A DNA stretch of 64,000 nt from Felis catus (GCF_018350175.1 NC_058373.1:115136001-115200000), one strand, 5' to 3'. Positions 11,561 to 23,561 are shown, numbered from the stretch's first letter. The notes: a model not told the origin generated them from the letters alone. Numbers and translations: made by a program.

Positions 11561-12261
11561 ATATTTTTGTTTTGAGCTGAGAATTCATTCTTTGTGGTCA
11601 TTTGTGTCTCGTTTCTTATTCAGTCCCTTTTAGTTTTAGTGAAATTGAACGAGGTAGAGGAAAGGATGGTTTAGAGTTAGGGTTTTGGTGAGTTTTTTAA
11701 AGTTTATTTTTAAACAGGCAGCCTTCCCAGACTGACTGGGAATGTAGCAGAAGGCCTGAGAACCAGGAAGTGACACAGACCTGTTTATACCATCCCATTT
11801 GGAGGCCTTTGGGAAGTGATCCACAGAGATGGTAAAAAGTAAATATAACTGCATCAGGCATTTCTCTTGGGTTTGCTATTTTTGACCTGGAGGAGGTGTT
11901 TCCTGCACAGCTATGAGTACTTTGGAAACTGCAATCCTAGAGCCTAAATATCTTGATTGAAGGTATATACATAGGTATTTATTTCTCATTACCAGGCAGC
12001 AGTCAGTGGGGCCTGGCAGACAAAATTACCACTTTTTTTTTTTTTTCTTTTGGTCTTCCTCTCTCTGCCATCCTTTTGGTGAATTGCTCTTCCATTTCTT
12101 TGTCTTTCTTTATAATTAGCACTGTGCATGCAGTCTGTCCTGAGAGCTCACTAGGTATGTGCATGAGCTTCACGGTCCAGTTCAACCTTTCTTTTCCCCC
12201 TCCCCCTGTTCCCACTCAGAAGTCACTGTTCCTACCTCCTCTGCATTCTCATAGCACTTTT

Positions 12262-12486
12262 GATTTTTATTTATTTTGTTCATTTTTTAAATGTTTATTT
12301 TTGAGAGAGAGAACGAACGAACAAGCTGAGGAGGGGCAGATGGAGAGGAAGACACAGAATCCGAAGCAGACTCTAGGTTCTAAGCTATCAGCACAGGGCC
12401 CGAAGCAGGGCTTGAACCCATGAACTGTGAGATCATGACCTGAGCTGAAGTCAGATGCTTAACTGACTGAGCCACCCAGGCGCCCC
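12262..12486 (-). mobile_element. CanSINE
   Basis: TSD ctcatagcactttt at 12248-12261 and 12486-12499. Confidence 0.94.
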
Positions 12487-13539
12487 TCATAGCACTTTTT
12501 TTTTTTTAAATAGCCATTTTATTGGGCTCTTATAACACTTCCATGGTGTTATATAGATAAGCTTATAATTCCTCTCACGTAGACTGAATTCCTTGAGAGT
12601 GGGGAATTCATGTCTGTGCTGCACTTCATTTCTGTGATCACCCAAGCCTTGCACTGAAGACAGCCAGTAAATATTTGCTGAATTGCAGTATAGTCACTGC
12701 AAACACCGAGCTGTAAGAAGTCAGATTTAGCAGATCAGCTTCTCAGACTTTATTTGTCCAGTGGGTATTGAAGCCTGCTCCACTTAGCTTTGATAGGAAC
12801 CAAACAGAGGGGTATGATGACACGTAGATATGTCTCTGGGGTCTGTGAACCAATTACAGCCCCTTCTGCCAAGCATTTGTTTTGCTACCTGGCCCAAACT
12901 TCAGGATTTATGCCCCTTTCCCCTCCTGTTTTATGTCTGTTGAGACTTTGCCATCTTTTATTTCCTACACAAATTATGTCTTTTGGGTTTATCTTTTTTC
13001 CTCCTTCAGTGAACAAGTAAATGTTGAGTGCTTTGAGGCACAGAAAGAGGCAGAGTTGGTGGTCTCTGCAGGAATTTATTATCTGCAGTGTATGCAACAT
13101 ACAGCAGTTAAGTAACTGAGCAGGCCTTGGGGAGGGATATGATTGGTTGTCCCGTTCATCGCTCAGGCAGTGATGCTTTGGGTTCAGAAGGGCCTTCCAT
13201 GTTTATGCGCTCAATTGATGCAACTAAACTTTATCTTGTATTTGGACAACAAAAAAACAGGGAGCCCTTTGCAGTAGGAAAGCAGAGAAGGATAGACTTT
13301 TGGCCCCTTGGATTTCATTTATCTGTAGAAGAGGGGTAATGGCACTTTTTAATAAGGTAATGAGTGTGTGTATATATGTAATAAACACGTAAGCTCGGTG
13401 CCTCGTCCTTACCTACTACATGCTCAGACTAGAAAACTCCTGTGTCCCCCTGGACACAAATATTGCTTTAGTATAATCACATACATAATTATTTAATTTT
13501 GCAGGAAAGAGTGCTAAGTTCCTTAAAAGATACATTTTT

Positions 13540-13768
13540 TATTTTTTTTATTAAAAATTTTATTTTAATGTTTATTTTTGAGAGAAAGAGTGAGACAGAG
13601 CGTGAGTGGGGGAGGAGCAGAGAGAGAGGGAGACACAGAATCTGAGGCAGGCTCCAAGCTCTGAGCTGTCAACATAGAGCCCGACATGGGGCTCGAGCCA
13701 GTGAACTGCAAGATCATGACCTGAGCTGAAGTCAGACACTTAACCGACTGAGCCACCCAGGCACCCCC
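13540..13768 (-). mobile_element. CanSINE
   Basis: Full body; TSD aaagata(c/g)attttt. Confidence 0.94.
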
Positions 13769-14486
13769 AAAGATAGATTTTTAGAACTTCACGGAGGAGA
13801 ACCTTGGAGGTTCACCTGTTGGCAGTTCTTTCATCTAAACTAATTTGTGTTTTGAGCGTAGTCTCAGGGCATATGTTTCCAGCCCAGCTGAAACAGTGCC
13901 CTTTAGGAATCCAGTGGCTGCTCAGTCAGAGCTGGTCAGAGCAGGAAGGGGCCTTAGCCAGCACTGAGTTGAGTGCCCACTGTTCCATACACCATCCTGC
14001 ATCCTTCACATTTATCTCATTTCCATCTCACAACAACCCAATGAAGTGGGTATTGTGTATCCAGTTTATAGATGGGAACTGAATGATTTGCCCTAGATCA
14101 CCCCACTAATAATATCCAAGCAGAGCAGAGATTCTGGCCCAGTCTGCTAGAATCTTTCCACCATCCCAGTCTGCCTGAGAAATATTTAGTTGAACTGTTT
14201 CATTTTACTTATGAGGAGACAGAGGCATAGGGAGGTGGTGTGATTTGTCCTAGTTCAGCCCATCAGTTATTGGTGAAGCTGGGACTAGAGAAGAAGCTGT
14301 TTCCTGCCTTCAGGGTCGGAAATTTACTGACTGAGCCAAGTCCCTGCTCACAGCCACTCTGCCTTCACTCTCCTTTTTTTTCTGTCCTGTCTTGAGTCTG
14401 TGTGTGTTATTTTGTTCTCTTCAGTCCTTTTCTCTGGGCCCCTACAGCTCTGCAGTGGTCCCTGTGTGTGACGCAGGCTGTGTCTG

Positions 14487-14545
14487 ATGCGTGCGCACGC
14501 TTGTGTGTGTATGTGCGCATGTGTGTGCGTGCACGTGTACACGTG
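14487..14545. repeat. Mixed (TG)/(CG)/(CA) alternating purine-pyrimidine tract
   Basis: 14502-14545 is 44 nt of unbroken RY alternation. Confidence 0.9.
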
Positions 14546-17208
14546 GAGGCTGGGTTTTTTTGTTGTTGTTGTCAGACATTTGTTATTTTTGGAAAGCACT
14601 TTAGGAACACTGTGTACAAATGGCCTATACAAATGTGCTGATGGATTGATTAAGCTCTAAATGGGAAAGTGGAGTTTCCTGAGTTTGCTGCAGTGCAGAG
14701 GGAGACAGATGCTAGGATGGGTCTTGGAAGATGAAGGGGGAGAGGACTCCTCATGCAGAACATAGAGGAAGGATTTAACATTTGTTCCTTCCAGTTAGTA
14801 CTTTTGTTTACTTATGTTTTTGGAGGAAATATTCCTGGGCCCCTCCTATTCCCTAGAAGACATTCCAGATTCCTTAGAACTGAAAGGGCATTCGGGGATC
14901 ATCCAGGCCCACCCCCTGAAGACCAGGAAGAATGACTGGTTGGTGGAGCTGGGACCTAGAGCTCTCTTATGCATTCAGGTCCATGCTGTAGTCCTTCTGC
15001 TGTTAGGTTGGAGACTGTTAAAGAGAAGGCTTAGGATGAGGGTGGGGGCAGTGTGTCTGCTGATGTCCTGCTGTCTGCAGCCTGATGAATACGGTAGGGG
15101 GAAAGTGTGACAACAAGAGGATGTAGCTTCTGGAGAAGCCAGACAAGGATACAAAGAATATCAAGGTGATTCAGAAAAACTGCTAAACCTACCCTATTCT
15201 GGTTTAGGTGGCTTATGAGGAAAGCTGAGGGTTATTTTGGTATTTCTAGGAGGTGAATTTTAATGAGTTTGTGTCTTTTGGGCTTTGGAGCTGGAGATGA
15301 AAAGGAAATGGATGAGGTACCGTTCTGGCTGTCACAGATCTTCGAGTCCAGTGGAGGAGTTTGTGCCTGTTGAGGCCCTCACATGTTAGTGGCACAAAAG
15401 GAAGGGGAAGATACAGGGGTTAGCAAGATTGGAAGGAGTCACAGGGGGGAAAAGTAAACTAAAGACATCCAGAAGTAACTTCATTTTTTCATTTTGGAAG
15501 CAAGAGTGGGAAGCATTAGGATCTGATAAACGTTTAGATGTCTTTTGCTGCCGTGGCCTAGCTATTTCAGGGTGAGTGGGAGGGAAGTGGGGGAGACATG
15601 GAAGAGAAGAAAGGGAGCAGGAAGAGAGGCCTCCCTGGCACGTTAGCCACTTTTCTTATCAAACCGTCTGGGAGACTTTGGACTTTGCAGAGTTAGGACT
15701 TCCTATCTTTACACTCTGAAAGGTAATTAACTGGTTAAATTCTGGTCACATTTCATGAACTATTCTTTGTCTTCCACCGTCACGTAGCAGCACTGGGGTT
15801 GGTGAAGTCGGTTCATGGAAAAAAACCAGACTTTCTTGTTCCAGACTGTCTACTACCACCATCTTCTTTCCCAGCTAGATCTGAGGCAAGAAAAGGATTT
15901 TGTTGGTTTTACCCATCTAGTTTCCTCTCTTAACTAATGGAGAGATGGGTCATAGTTTAGGAAATAATCATTCCTGACAATTACATGGAGACTGAGGCTG
16001 ATCTCCTAGAACTGTAGAGAAACGTACTTAGCACCTGGGAGCCAAGCTTGACAGAGTCAGGACTCTTGTCTCACAAAGGAGAGATCAGTAGAGTGTGACA
16101 TGACCCTGCCACTCCAGGAGGACTGTGACATTCTCCAGGGGTAGGCCCCAAGGCAACCAGGCACATGGGCTGAGGAGGTCTGGGCCCTCAGCTGTCTTGG
16201 GGACAGGGTGCTGTGGTGGTTTCATGGCTGGCCCCACCTGGTGCTGCTGCTTCCCTAGTCTGTGAGCCATTTTTGAAGGTGACTCTCAGGACACCTTTAA
16301 TCTTTTCAGGCTCTTTGGTTAACCTGGAAGCGTCTATGGCAACGATACGCAAACCACGTGAACTTTGGGTTCATGTTACAGGTTGTCCTTTACTCCAGAA
16401 GCCTGTCCTGTTTTCATCGTCATTTTTTATGAGCAGTTTCTCAGACCTCTGCTGTGTTGGCTTCTAGGCCAGAACTGTAGATAGAAGGACCTGAGTCTTT
16501 TCAGTTTATAGAGCTGTCCTTTGTATTTTGTCCTTTTTGAGCCTCATTAGAGAGTAGGGAGATATTTAAAGCAAGCAACAACCCCGTTTTATAGATGAGG
16601 AAACAAGGCAGAGATGAGGTAACAGAGGCAAAAATGAGGTAAGTGGCTTCCCCAAATCAGAGCCATGGATCGTCATAGAGGATCATTTTGAACAGGAAAT
16701 GAGTGTTCATGACGTTCAGCAGAGCACAGTCACCCTGCTTTTAATGTTCTGAGTTCACTGAGGGGGAAAGACCAGACACTGACCTTGAGGGGCTGACATT
16801 CTAGCTCATGGGGTCTCTTTCTACCACACACTGTTGGGGTGCAGCCATGGTCCCAGGAAAGATTATCAGAAAAGGAGGAATGCAGACTTTCCATGACTCC
16901 TCTACACCCCGTAGAGGAGTGTAGCCAGGAGCCAGGGGAAACTGGCTGCTGGAGGAAGGGTTGTGTGATACACAGAGAAGCTTGGATGTTTGGAGAATTC
17001 TGTGGCTGAGAGAGACCGTAGAGCCTTTCTTAGATGTGCAAATGGAAGCCAGGGAGCCTTCATGACCAGCCAGCTGTTTAGTGGCAGAGATGGGACTGAC
17101 ATGCAGCCTCAGGCTTTCTCTTTTCTTTCTTCTCTCTTCTTACCTCTAAGTTTAAATGTGACATGCCTTGTGAGGGTGGATAAGTGCCATCTTTAAAGAC
17201 GAGGCTTA

Positions 17209-17435
17209 GGGGCGCCTGGGTGGCGCAGTCGGTTAAGCGTCCGACTTCAGCCAGGTCACGATCTCGCGGTCCGTGAGTTCGAGCCCCGCGTCAGGCTCTG
17301 GGCTGATGGCTTAGAGCCTGGAGCCTGTTTCCAATTCTGTGTCTCCCTCTCTCTCTGCCCCTCCCCCGTTCATGCTCTGTCTCTCTCTGTCCCAAAAATA
17401 AATAAACGTTGAAAAAAAAATTAAAAAAAAAAAAA
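17209..17435 (+). mobile_element. Young CanSINE (SINEC_Fc1-like)
   Basis: Near consensus with CpGs retained; TSD aaagacgaggcttag at 17195-17209 and 17436-17450. Confidence 0.96.
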
Positions 17436-17477
17436 AAAGACGAGGCTTAGTTCCAGGCTCCTCTTTAATCATAACTT

Positions 17478-17700
17478 TTTTCCAATATTTTTTGTGGTAA
17501 AATACACATAAAATGAAATCAATCATCTTAAACCAGTTGTAAGTATGCAGGTCAGTGACATTAAGCGCATCCCCACTGTTGTGCAACCATCACCGCCGTC
17601 CGTCTCCAGAACTCTTGGCATCTGGCAAAAACGGAACTTTGTACTTGTTAAACACTAACTCCGCATTCCTTCCTCCCCCAGCCCAGACAACCAGGATCTA
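17478..17700 (-). mobile_element. L1MB-type 3' end
   Basis: ttgtggtaaaatacacataa...cagtgacattaag...tgttgtgcaaccatcacc...ctccagaactc...aaacactaactcc. Confidence 0.8.
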
Positions 17701-17758
17701 CTTCCTCTTCCTCCTCCTCCTTCCTCTTCTTCCTCCTCTTTCCCCTTCCCCTCCTCCT
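17701..17758. repeat. Pure pyrimidine (CCT/CTT)n tract, 58 nt
   Basis: Direct reading. Confidence 0.93.
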
Positions 17759-18609
17759 ACTCCTCCATGTATTTCTCTAGGGATAATGAATATCTAGTTA
17801 ATTTTTTCTGAAATGTTTTTCTTTTCACTTGCTCTAAAGCCACAGTTCAAGTCCAGGTTTTATTTTATTTTTTAATTCTGTGTTTAAAGCAGATGCCTTC
17901 TTAAAATGATTAGATATGTATAGTGTGACCTTTTCTCCACAGTAGCCAGGTTCTCCCATTCTGAGCAATATCCTGGGGTCACAGGGCTTCGCTTTTCTCT
18001 GTATTGTTTCTGAAGCACTAACTCTTGGCCTAGCCTTGCAAGTAGACACTCCCACTGACTACCCTCTATTCTCTATTCATCTTTTCTCTTCTTTGCAAAG
18101 CCCCCATCGTCACTACCCCATCTGTCATGCACTTGATCAGGTGTTAGGCTTCGTGGTGGAATTGGTCCTTTGGCCCAGGGAGCTGCTTAAGTCAGGGGGA
18201 GGAGTCTGTTGTTTCTCTCAAATAAGACAAAACAGGAGCTCCTATTTGTGTATCTTTTTCCTAATTCTATATTGGCTCCTCCCCACAGTATTCGTGAGTT
18301 TGGCAGGCATTTGTTCACTGCCTTCAAGGAGCTTTGAGTCTGGTGAGGTGAGACAGATAAACATGTAGACGCATTAACCTGTTAGAGGTACAGTCCTAGC
18401 AGGGTGCTCAAGACACTTTGGGAATAAGAGGGGGTTAGTCCTACTGGAGGTGGGTGTGGTGTGAAGTGTCAGAAAAGAATTCCTCCAGGTGACTCTTGTG
18501 CTGAGCCCTAAGAGTGACTATATTCCTGGCAGGAGGAGCAATCAGGTTTATTTGAACATCAGTCCGTATGTTGAGGGAGGAGACAGGTGGTCTACTGGAA
18601 CACGTGGCT

Positions 18610-18811
18610 ACATTAATTTTATTTTACATTTTATCTGTTTGAATAGGTAATGCATGCACAAGGTACAGTATACTCAAGGACATTAAAAAGGAATACATAG
18701 GACGAAAAACGAGTTATTTCCCTATTAATTGCTCACTTCTCCACCCTGAAGGCAATTATTAGCTACCGATTTCTTGTGCATCATTCCAGGCAGAGATTTT
18801 CATGGCATGCA

Positions 18812-18851
<40 letters not shown>

Positions 18852-19300
18852 CTTTAAAAATACACGCAGCCTCGCAAGTGGCTTTCTTCATGTACTGATT
18901 GTGGAAGTCATTTCATATATGAGGACAGACTAGACCTGCCTAGTTCTTTTTAATTTTTTTAGTAGGCTCCACACCCAGCGTGGAGCCCATCACGGGGCTT
19001 GAACCCAGGACACTAAGATCAAGACCTGAGCTGAGATCAAGATTTGGATGCTTAACCGACTGAGCCACTCAGGCACCTCCTGCCTAACTCTTTTTAGACC
19101 AGTACATGGTATTTTGTTAGGTGTGTGTATGACCACTTGTTTAACTTGCCTCACTTCAGTCTTTTGCCAGTACAAAGAATTCAGTGACTATCTTGCATCT
19201 ATATCATTGCTCATGCGATTTTTGAGGACGGATTCTAGAAGTAGAACTGATAGGTTAGAGAATATGTGACAGATATTGTCAAATTGCCCTCAAAAGAGCT
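18610..19300 (-). mobile_element. Old L1 (L1ME-type) 3' fragments containing (TG)n at about 18814-18848 and a SINE
   Basis: gaataggtaatgcatgcacaaggtac; tttcttgtgcatcattccag; gattctagaagtagaactg...gatattgtcaaattgccctc. Confidence 0.55.
18953..19078 (-). mobile_element. Short CanSINE lacking the (CT)n tract
   Basis: ggggcttgaaccc...gacctgagctgagatcaag...cttaaccgactgagccactcaggcacc; TSD cctgccta(gt/ac)tcttttta. Confidence 0.88.
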
Positions 19301-19919
19301 CCACATTAATGATGCTAAATTTAAGATCCTTTACCACTTGATGCCCCCCACTTCCCCTCCTCTAAAATCCTTGCCACAGTGCTCGTCCTAAATGAATTTG
19401 GTCTTATAACTCCTCTGTTTGTGATCCTCTAAGCTGTACATGGTTTTCAGGGTAAAGTTTAACCTCCTTGGCCTAGCCCTTAACTCTAGCCTCTGCCAAG
19501 CGTGCTGTGCTCCCATTGTTCTGTTCCACTTGTATTTGGTACCTTCTTTTTCACTAAACATATGCACTAGCAGTCAGCCATCACCTCCTCTGGGGAGTCT
19601 CTCTTGGTTACCTTCACTTGTGCACAGAACACCTAAGCACCACTCTGATCCAGTCCCATCCATTCACTATAGAAATATTTGTTGTGCACGTGCTGTAATG
19701 TGGCCCAACCAGGTGTTATTCTCAATGTTGCCTTCAGGGGGTGATGACTGCCTGGTACAAATACCTGCTGTGGATGAATCAAAAATGACAGCACCCATTG
19801 CTAACTGGACATACTGTTGAACCTCTTCTGACCTTGGGTTTTGGCATCTGCTGAATGAGGAGGTAAAGCCTGATGACCTCTAAGGTCTCTGCAGCTCAGC
19901 CTTATTACTAATTACAACA

Positions 19920-20135
19920 GCAACAGCAGGCAGTATTTACTGAGTACTGGCAAAGTGCCAGGAACTGCCAAGTGCTTTGTCTGATCCTAATCCTTACATC
20001 AAACCAATGAAGACGTATGGTTACTGCTCCCATTTTACAGATGAGGAAACTGAGGCTAAGAGAGTGATTTGGCCACATGGTCATAATAGAGGACACAGAT
20101 TGGAATTCTGGCATTCTAACTCTGCTGTCCTTAGC
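19920..20135 (-). mobile_element. MIR
   Basis: atttactgagtac...gtgccagg...cccattttacagatgaggaaactgaggct. Confidence 0.8.
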
Positions 20136-21544
20136 CACATAAATATATACACATTCCACACATTTACACACACACGGTTTTGTGTACTGTTTTGGGTCAC
20201 TTACAGACTCCACCCCTAGACCTCTTCATGAACCATCCCTTTTCTACAGCTTTAAAGGCTCAAGTTGGAGTCTGGGTAAAAGCTGTGGACAGAAGACTGC
20301 TACAGTCACAGCTATTTAGGGGTAGTGAGTAAGGACCCAGTGGCTAGCTCATGCTCATTGAAGGCCCTGCTAGCTGCTTTTCCTTCGTGCTGAGGTAGCT
20401 CCTGTTGCTGTTTGCAGTAACTCTCTTTAGAAGGGGATGTAGGCCTGAGTCAAGGCTTCAGACATGGATTAAAGGCAGGTCTGTTTAATATCCCTGGCAG
20501 AGTCTCAGAGGCATCCTTTATTAGGGTTGTAGATGGCAGGCTCCCTTATCTATTTACATAAAGCCTTATTAATGGAGAAGGAGGTGTGTATGGAATTTAA
20601 AAAGGGAGTATAATCTTATTATTTGGAATACTTGTTATAAACTAGGGTAAATAAAATCAAATGACTGAACTAAAATGTAATAGGGCCCATATCATAATGT
20701 ATCATCATCAACTCAGCTGCTTCTCTGAAGGCTTGTAGAAAGTAATCCCTTAAAGTCTTAACCCCTGATACATATATTTTTTAAAGACCCTGGTTCCTAC
20801 TCTTCTGAAGTCATCGTCTGAACTAGAGTGGGTGGGGGTGCTAATTAACAGTCACAGCCCATCCTCTCCCAGTCCTTGTCAGGGACACCCAGCAAGTGTG
20901 GCCTCTTGGGGTCACAGGTGTGTCAGGTGAGCCTGGAGTAATTGGTCCATTTTTGAGATTCATGGCTGTGGAGTCAGCGTCAGATCCTCAGGGGCTCATC
21001 CGGCCTCTGGCAGCTGAGCAAGCCTAGCCGTGGGCCCTTGGCTCCCGCAGCTGCATTCCTTCTCTAGGCGGTGTATTTCTCCCTTTAAGACACGTGTTCT
21101 CTATTTTTTTTTTCCTTTCGGTCGGTTGAACTCGCTCTGAGTCCAAATGGCAAAGGCAAAGCCTGACTCAGGGGTGTAGCATCTGTGTCAACAGCTGCCT
21201 CTCTCTCCTCTTCTCTGTTGGAGGCGGTGGGGGCAGAGCCTGGGCAGTTGCTGAAAGTTCTGCCATGCCTGACAGATTTCCAGGTGAGCTTGTGTTGGTC
21301 TCCTCGTCCTAGAGCGAGGATCTGGCTCCTAGATGCTGACACTGATGGCTTGCTGCAGGCCTGGGCATTTCCCCACATAGGAGTTGAAAAGCCACTTATG
21401 TGCCTGTCCCTTCTGGCAGCAGGAATTCAGTTACTAGCATTTTGTATGTGATTATGGCTTCCTTGCTACGGTGCCTACTTGCAGCTAACTTAGGGCCAAA
21501 GTTTTCACTTATGTCCTTGTTTTCTGTTTGTTTGTTTTTTATAG

Positions 21545-21624
21545 GTAAATCTACCCGTGGCTGACTTTAGAATTCTTCTGGCTTTTAAATTTTTTCTTTT
21601 TAAAATAACTTGGACGGATAAAAG
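21545..21624 (+). other. SUSD6: 5' UTR portion of the first coding exon of SUSD6 (80 nt, no ATG)
   Basis: T-rich, AG-free tract (21502-21542) ending ttttttatag at 21544; no ATG until 21625. Confidence 0.85.
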
Positions 21625-21745
21625 ATGTGCCATGGCAGGATAACACCAAAGAGCACCTCAGCGTTGGCCGTGGCCTCCGCGGGACATGGAGTGTTCCTTC
21701 CACTGGTGATCCTTAGCACCCTCCTTGGAGACGGACTTGCCTCAG
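21625..21745 (+). CDS. SUSD6: SUSD6 first coding exon: MCHGRITPKSTSALAVASAGHGVFLPLVILSTLLGDGLAS + 1 nt (signal peptide)
   Basis: aaagATG with A at -3; peptide matches my recollection of the human SUSD6/KIAA0247 N-terminus (MCHGRIAPKSTS...LLGDGLAS); donor CAG|gtgggt at 21745/21746; phase 1 joins the next exon in frame (G+TG=Val). Confidence 0.95.
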
Positions 21746-22029
21746 GTGGGTCCCCGACTGCCTCTGTGTGGGAGGGAAAAGACTCAGTACCATTGTTTCT
21801 CCCAAAGGCTGGGGTAGGGCACTGTCCATCTAGTGGGAAGTTGCAGGGAGAGAAGAGGGTGGAGGTGGGCTTTTGTGCCGTGGTATAGCCGGGGGCCAGG
21901 CCTGGGGGTGTGGCATTAAGGGGCCTCTTGAGTCACCTGGGAGACGGGTGTGTAGGAAACTGCTGGGCTGACATTGTCGCCCCTTCCCCTCCCCCCCCCC
22001 CGCAGCTGGAGTCACCAGGCAGGATGGAG

Positions 22030-22240
22030 GGATTCAGAACACGATATTCAGCAGGGTGCAGGTTTGGGAATCAGACTGCCTGTGTTCTGGGTCCAGTCCC
22101 ATTGCTGGCTCTGCGACCTGAGCAGATCTCCTTACCTCTCAGCTACAGAATCGGATAAAAGTAGTACCTACCCTGGGGGGGGAGGGGGGTGAAGATTGTC
22201 TGAGATAGCACAGCAAGCACTTAATGATTGTTAGCTTATT
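22030..22240 (+). mobile_element. MIR fragment
   Basis: ttgggaatcagactgcctgtgttc...gcgacctgagcag...gtacctacc...aagcacttaatgattgttagc. Confidence 0.55.
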
Positions 22241-22892
22241 GTGTGTTTCTTGTCTTTTTATGTTTTTTTCTCAGAATAAGTACAAAGTTGAGGTGTTGTA
22301 ACTTAATGAAAGCAGGACCTGGTCACTGACACTATAAACTTCGTGATCCTGGACAAGCCACTTAGGCATTCTGTGGCTTAGTTTCTCCATTTATCAAATG
22401 AGGGGGGTTGACCCGGATACCTTTAAGGTCCTATCCACTTCTCTCAGTTTATACTTTCATAATTCTACGGACTTTTCTGGTTGAAGCTGATGGGCTGCAA
22501 GAGCTGTAGCAGTGGCTAGAAATGTAGCCATGAGCTTGATCCTTGTTGGCTTCTGCTGTGCTCTGAAGACCCTTCTTAGGTTCTCTTCATGTGGTCCTCT
22601 CGACCTGGCGTCCTTTTTAGAAAGCACATATTTTGATGTGTACCATAGGCCTCTGGGTGACGCTAGAGAACCTGCCTCTGTATCTGCAAGTACCAGTAGG
22701 GGTCTCAACTAATTATGAATGAACTCAACAGTAGTGGGGCCCCTACCAGTCTTCATTAGATACATTAATACGGCAGTTTTCTTTGGACAGCATTCCCTGG
22801 AGAGGGATCTCAGGTAGATTCTGGAAGGGGACTTGAAGGATGAGAGCAGTGTGGCACATAGAGTCCCCATACAGTGATCTTTCTCATTCTTT

Positions 22893-23088
22893 CTTTTGAA
22901 CACTTGATTATTTTTTCTAAGTTTATTTATTTATTTTGAAAGAGAGAACGTGAGCAGGGCAGGGGCAGATAGAGAGAATCCCAAGCAGGTTCTGTGCTGT
23001 CCGTGCAGAGCCCATGCGCCATGAGATCATGACCTGAACAGAAATCAAGAGTCAGGTGCTTAATCGACTGAGCCACCCAGGCGCCCCC
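22893..23088 (-). mobile_element. CanSINE with internal deletion
   Basis: TSD tctcattcttt at 22882-22892 and 23089-23099. Confidence 0.92.
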
Positions 23089-23561
23089 TCTCATTCTTTT
23101 TCTATCAACCCCTGCCACCCGCTTACGTGACACGTGAAGATAATAGTGCAGTCTCATCTAAGCTTTTTCTTCTGAATTGTTGAGAAAAACAGTTACCCAT
23201 TTGTTGTTGCATTATAGTCTTTTCCACCACGCACGTACAGATTTCCTCTTCTGCCTCTTCTTTACTCTGTTCTGACACTTAAACCTTTCCCACAAAGCAT
23301 AACACCTCTTTGGCTGTGAGGAGCCCCTGGCACAACTAAGGAGGCCACTACTAATAATTGAGACCCCACAACGTAGGCATCATGACTATATATGAGATTT
23401 CAAAGGTAAAGAAGGCCAGACTGCACCAGTTGTGCAACCAGATGAAGCAGGGCTTACGTTTGCAGGGCATATAAGCCAAAGCCAGAGGAGGCCTCTAGAA
23501 GCTGTAGTCACAGAGCCATAGAATATAGAGATCCTGCCTTATTCACCACTGTATCTCCAGA

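Larger units (their letters stand above)
1..21544 (+). other. SUSD6: 3' part of the long upstream (5'UTR) intron of SUSD6
   Basis: The start-codon exon begins with a splice acceptor; no CpG island or promoter is visible in 1-21544, so exon 1 is inferred to be upstream. Confidence 0.7.

Noticed and set aside
21746..21888. ORF 21625-21888 continuing past the exon
   Set aside because: Read-through into the intron after the CAG|gtgggt donor; similarity to SUSD6 stops at the donor
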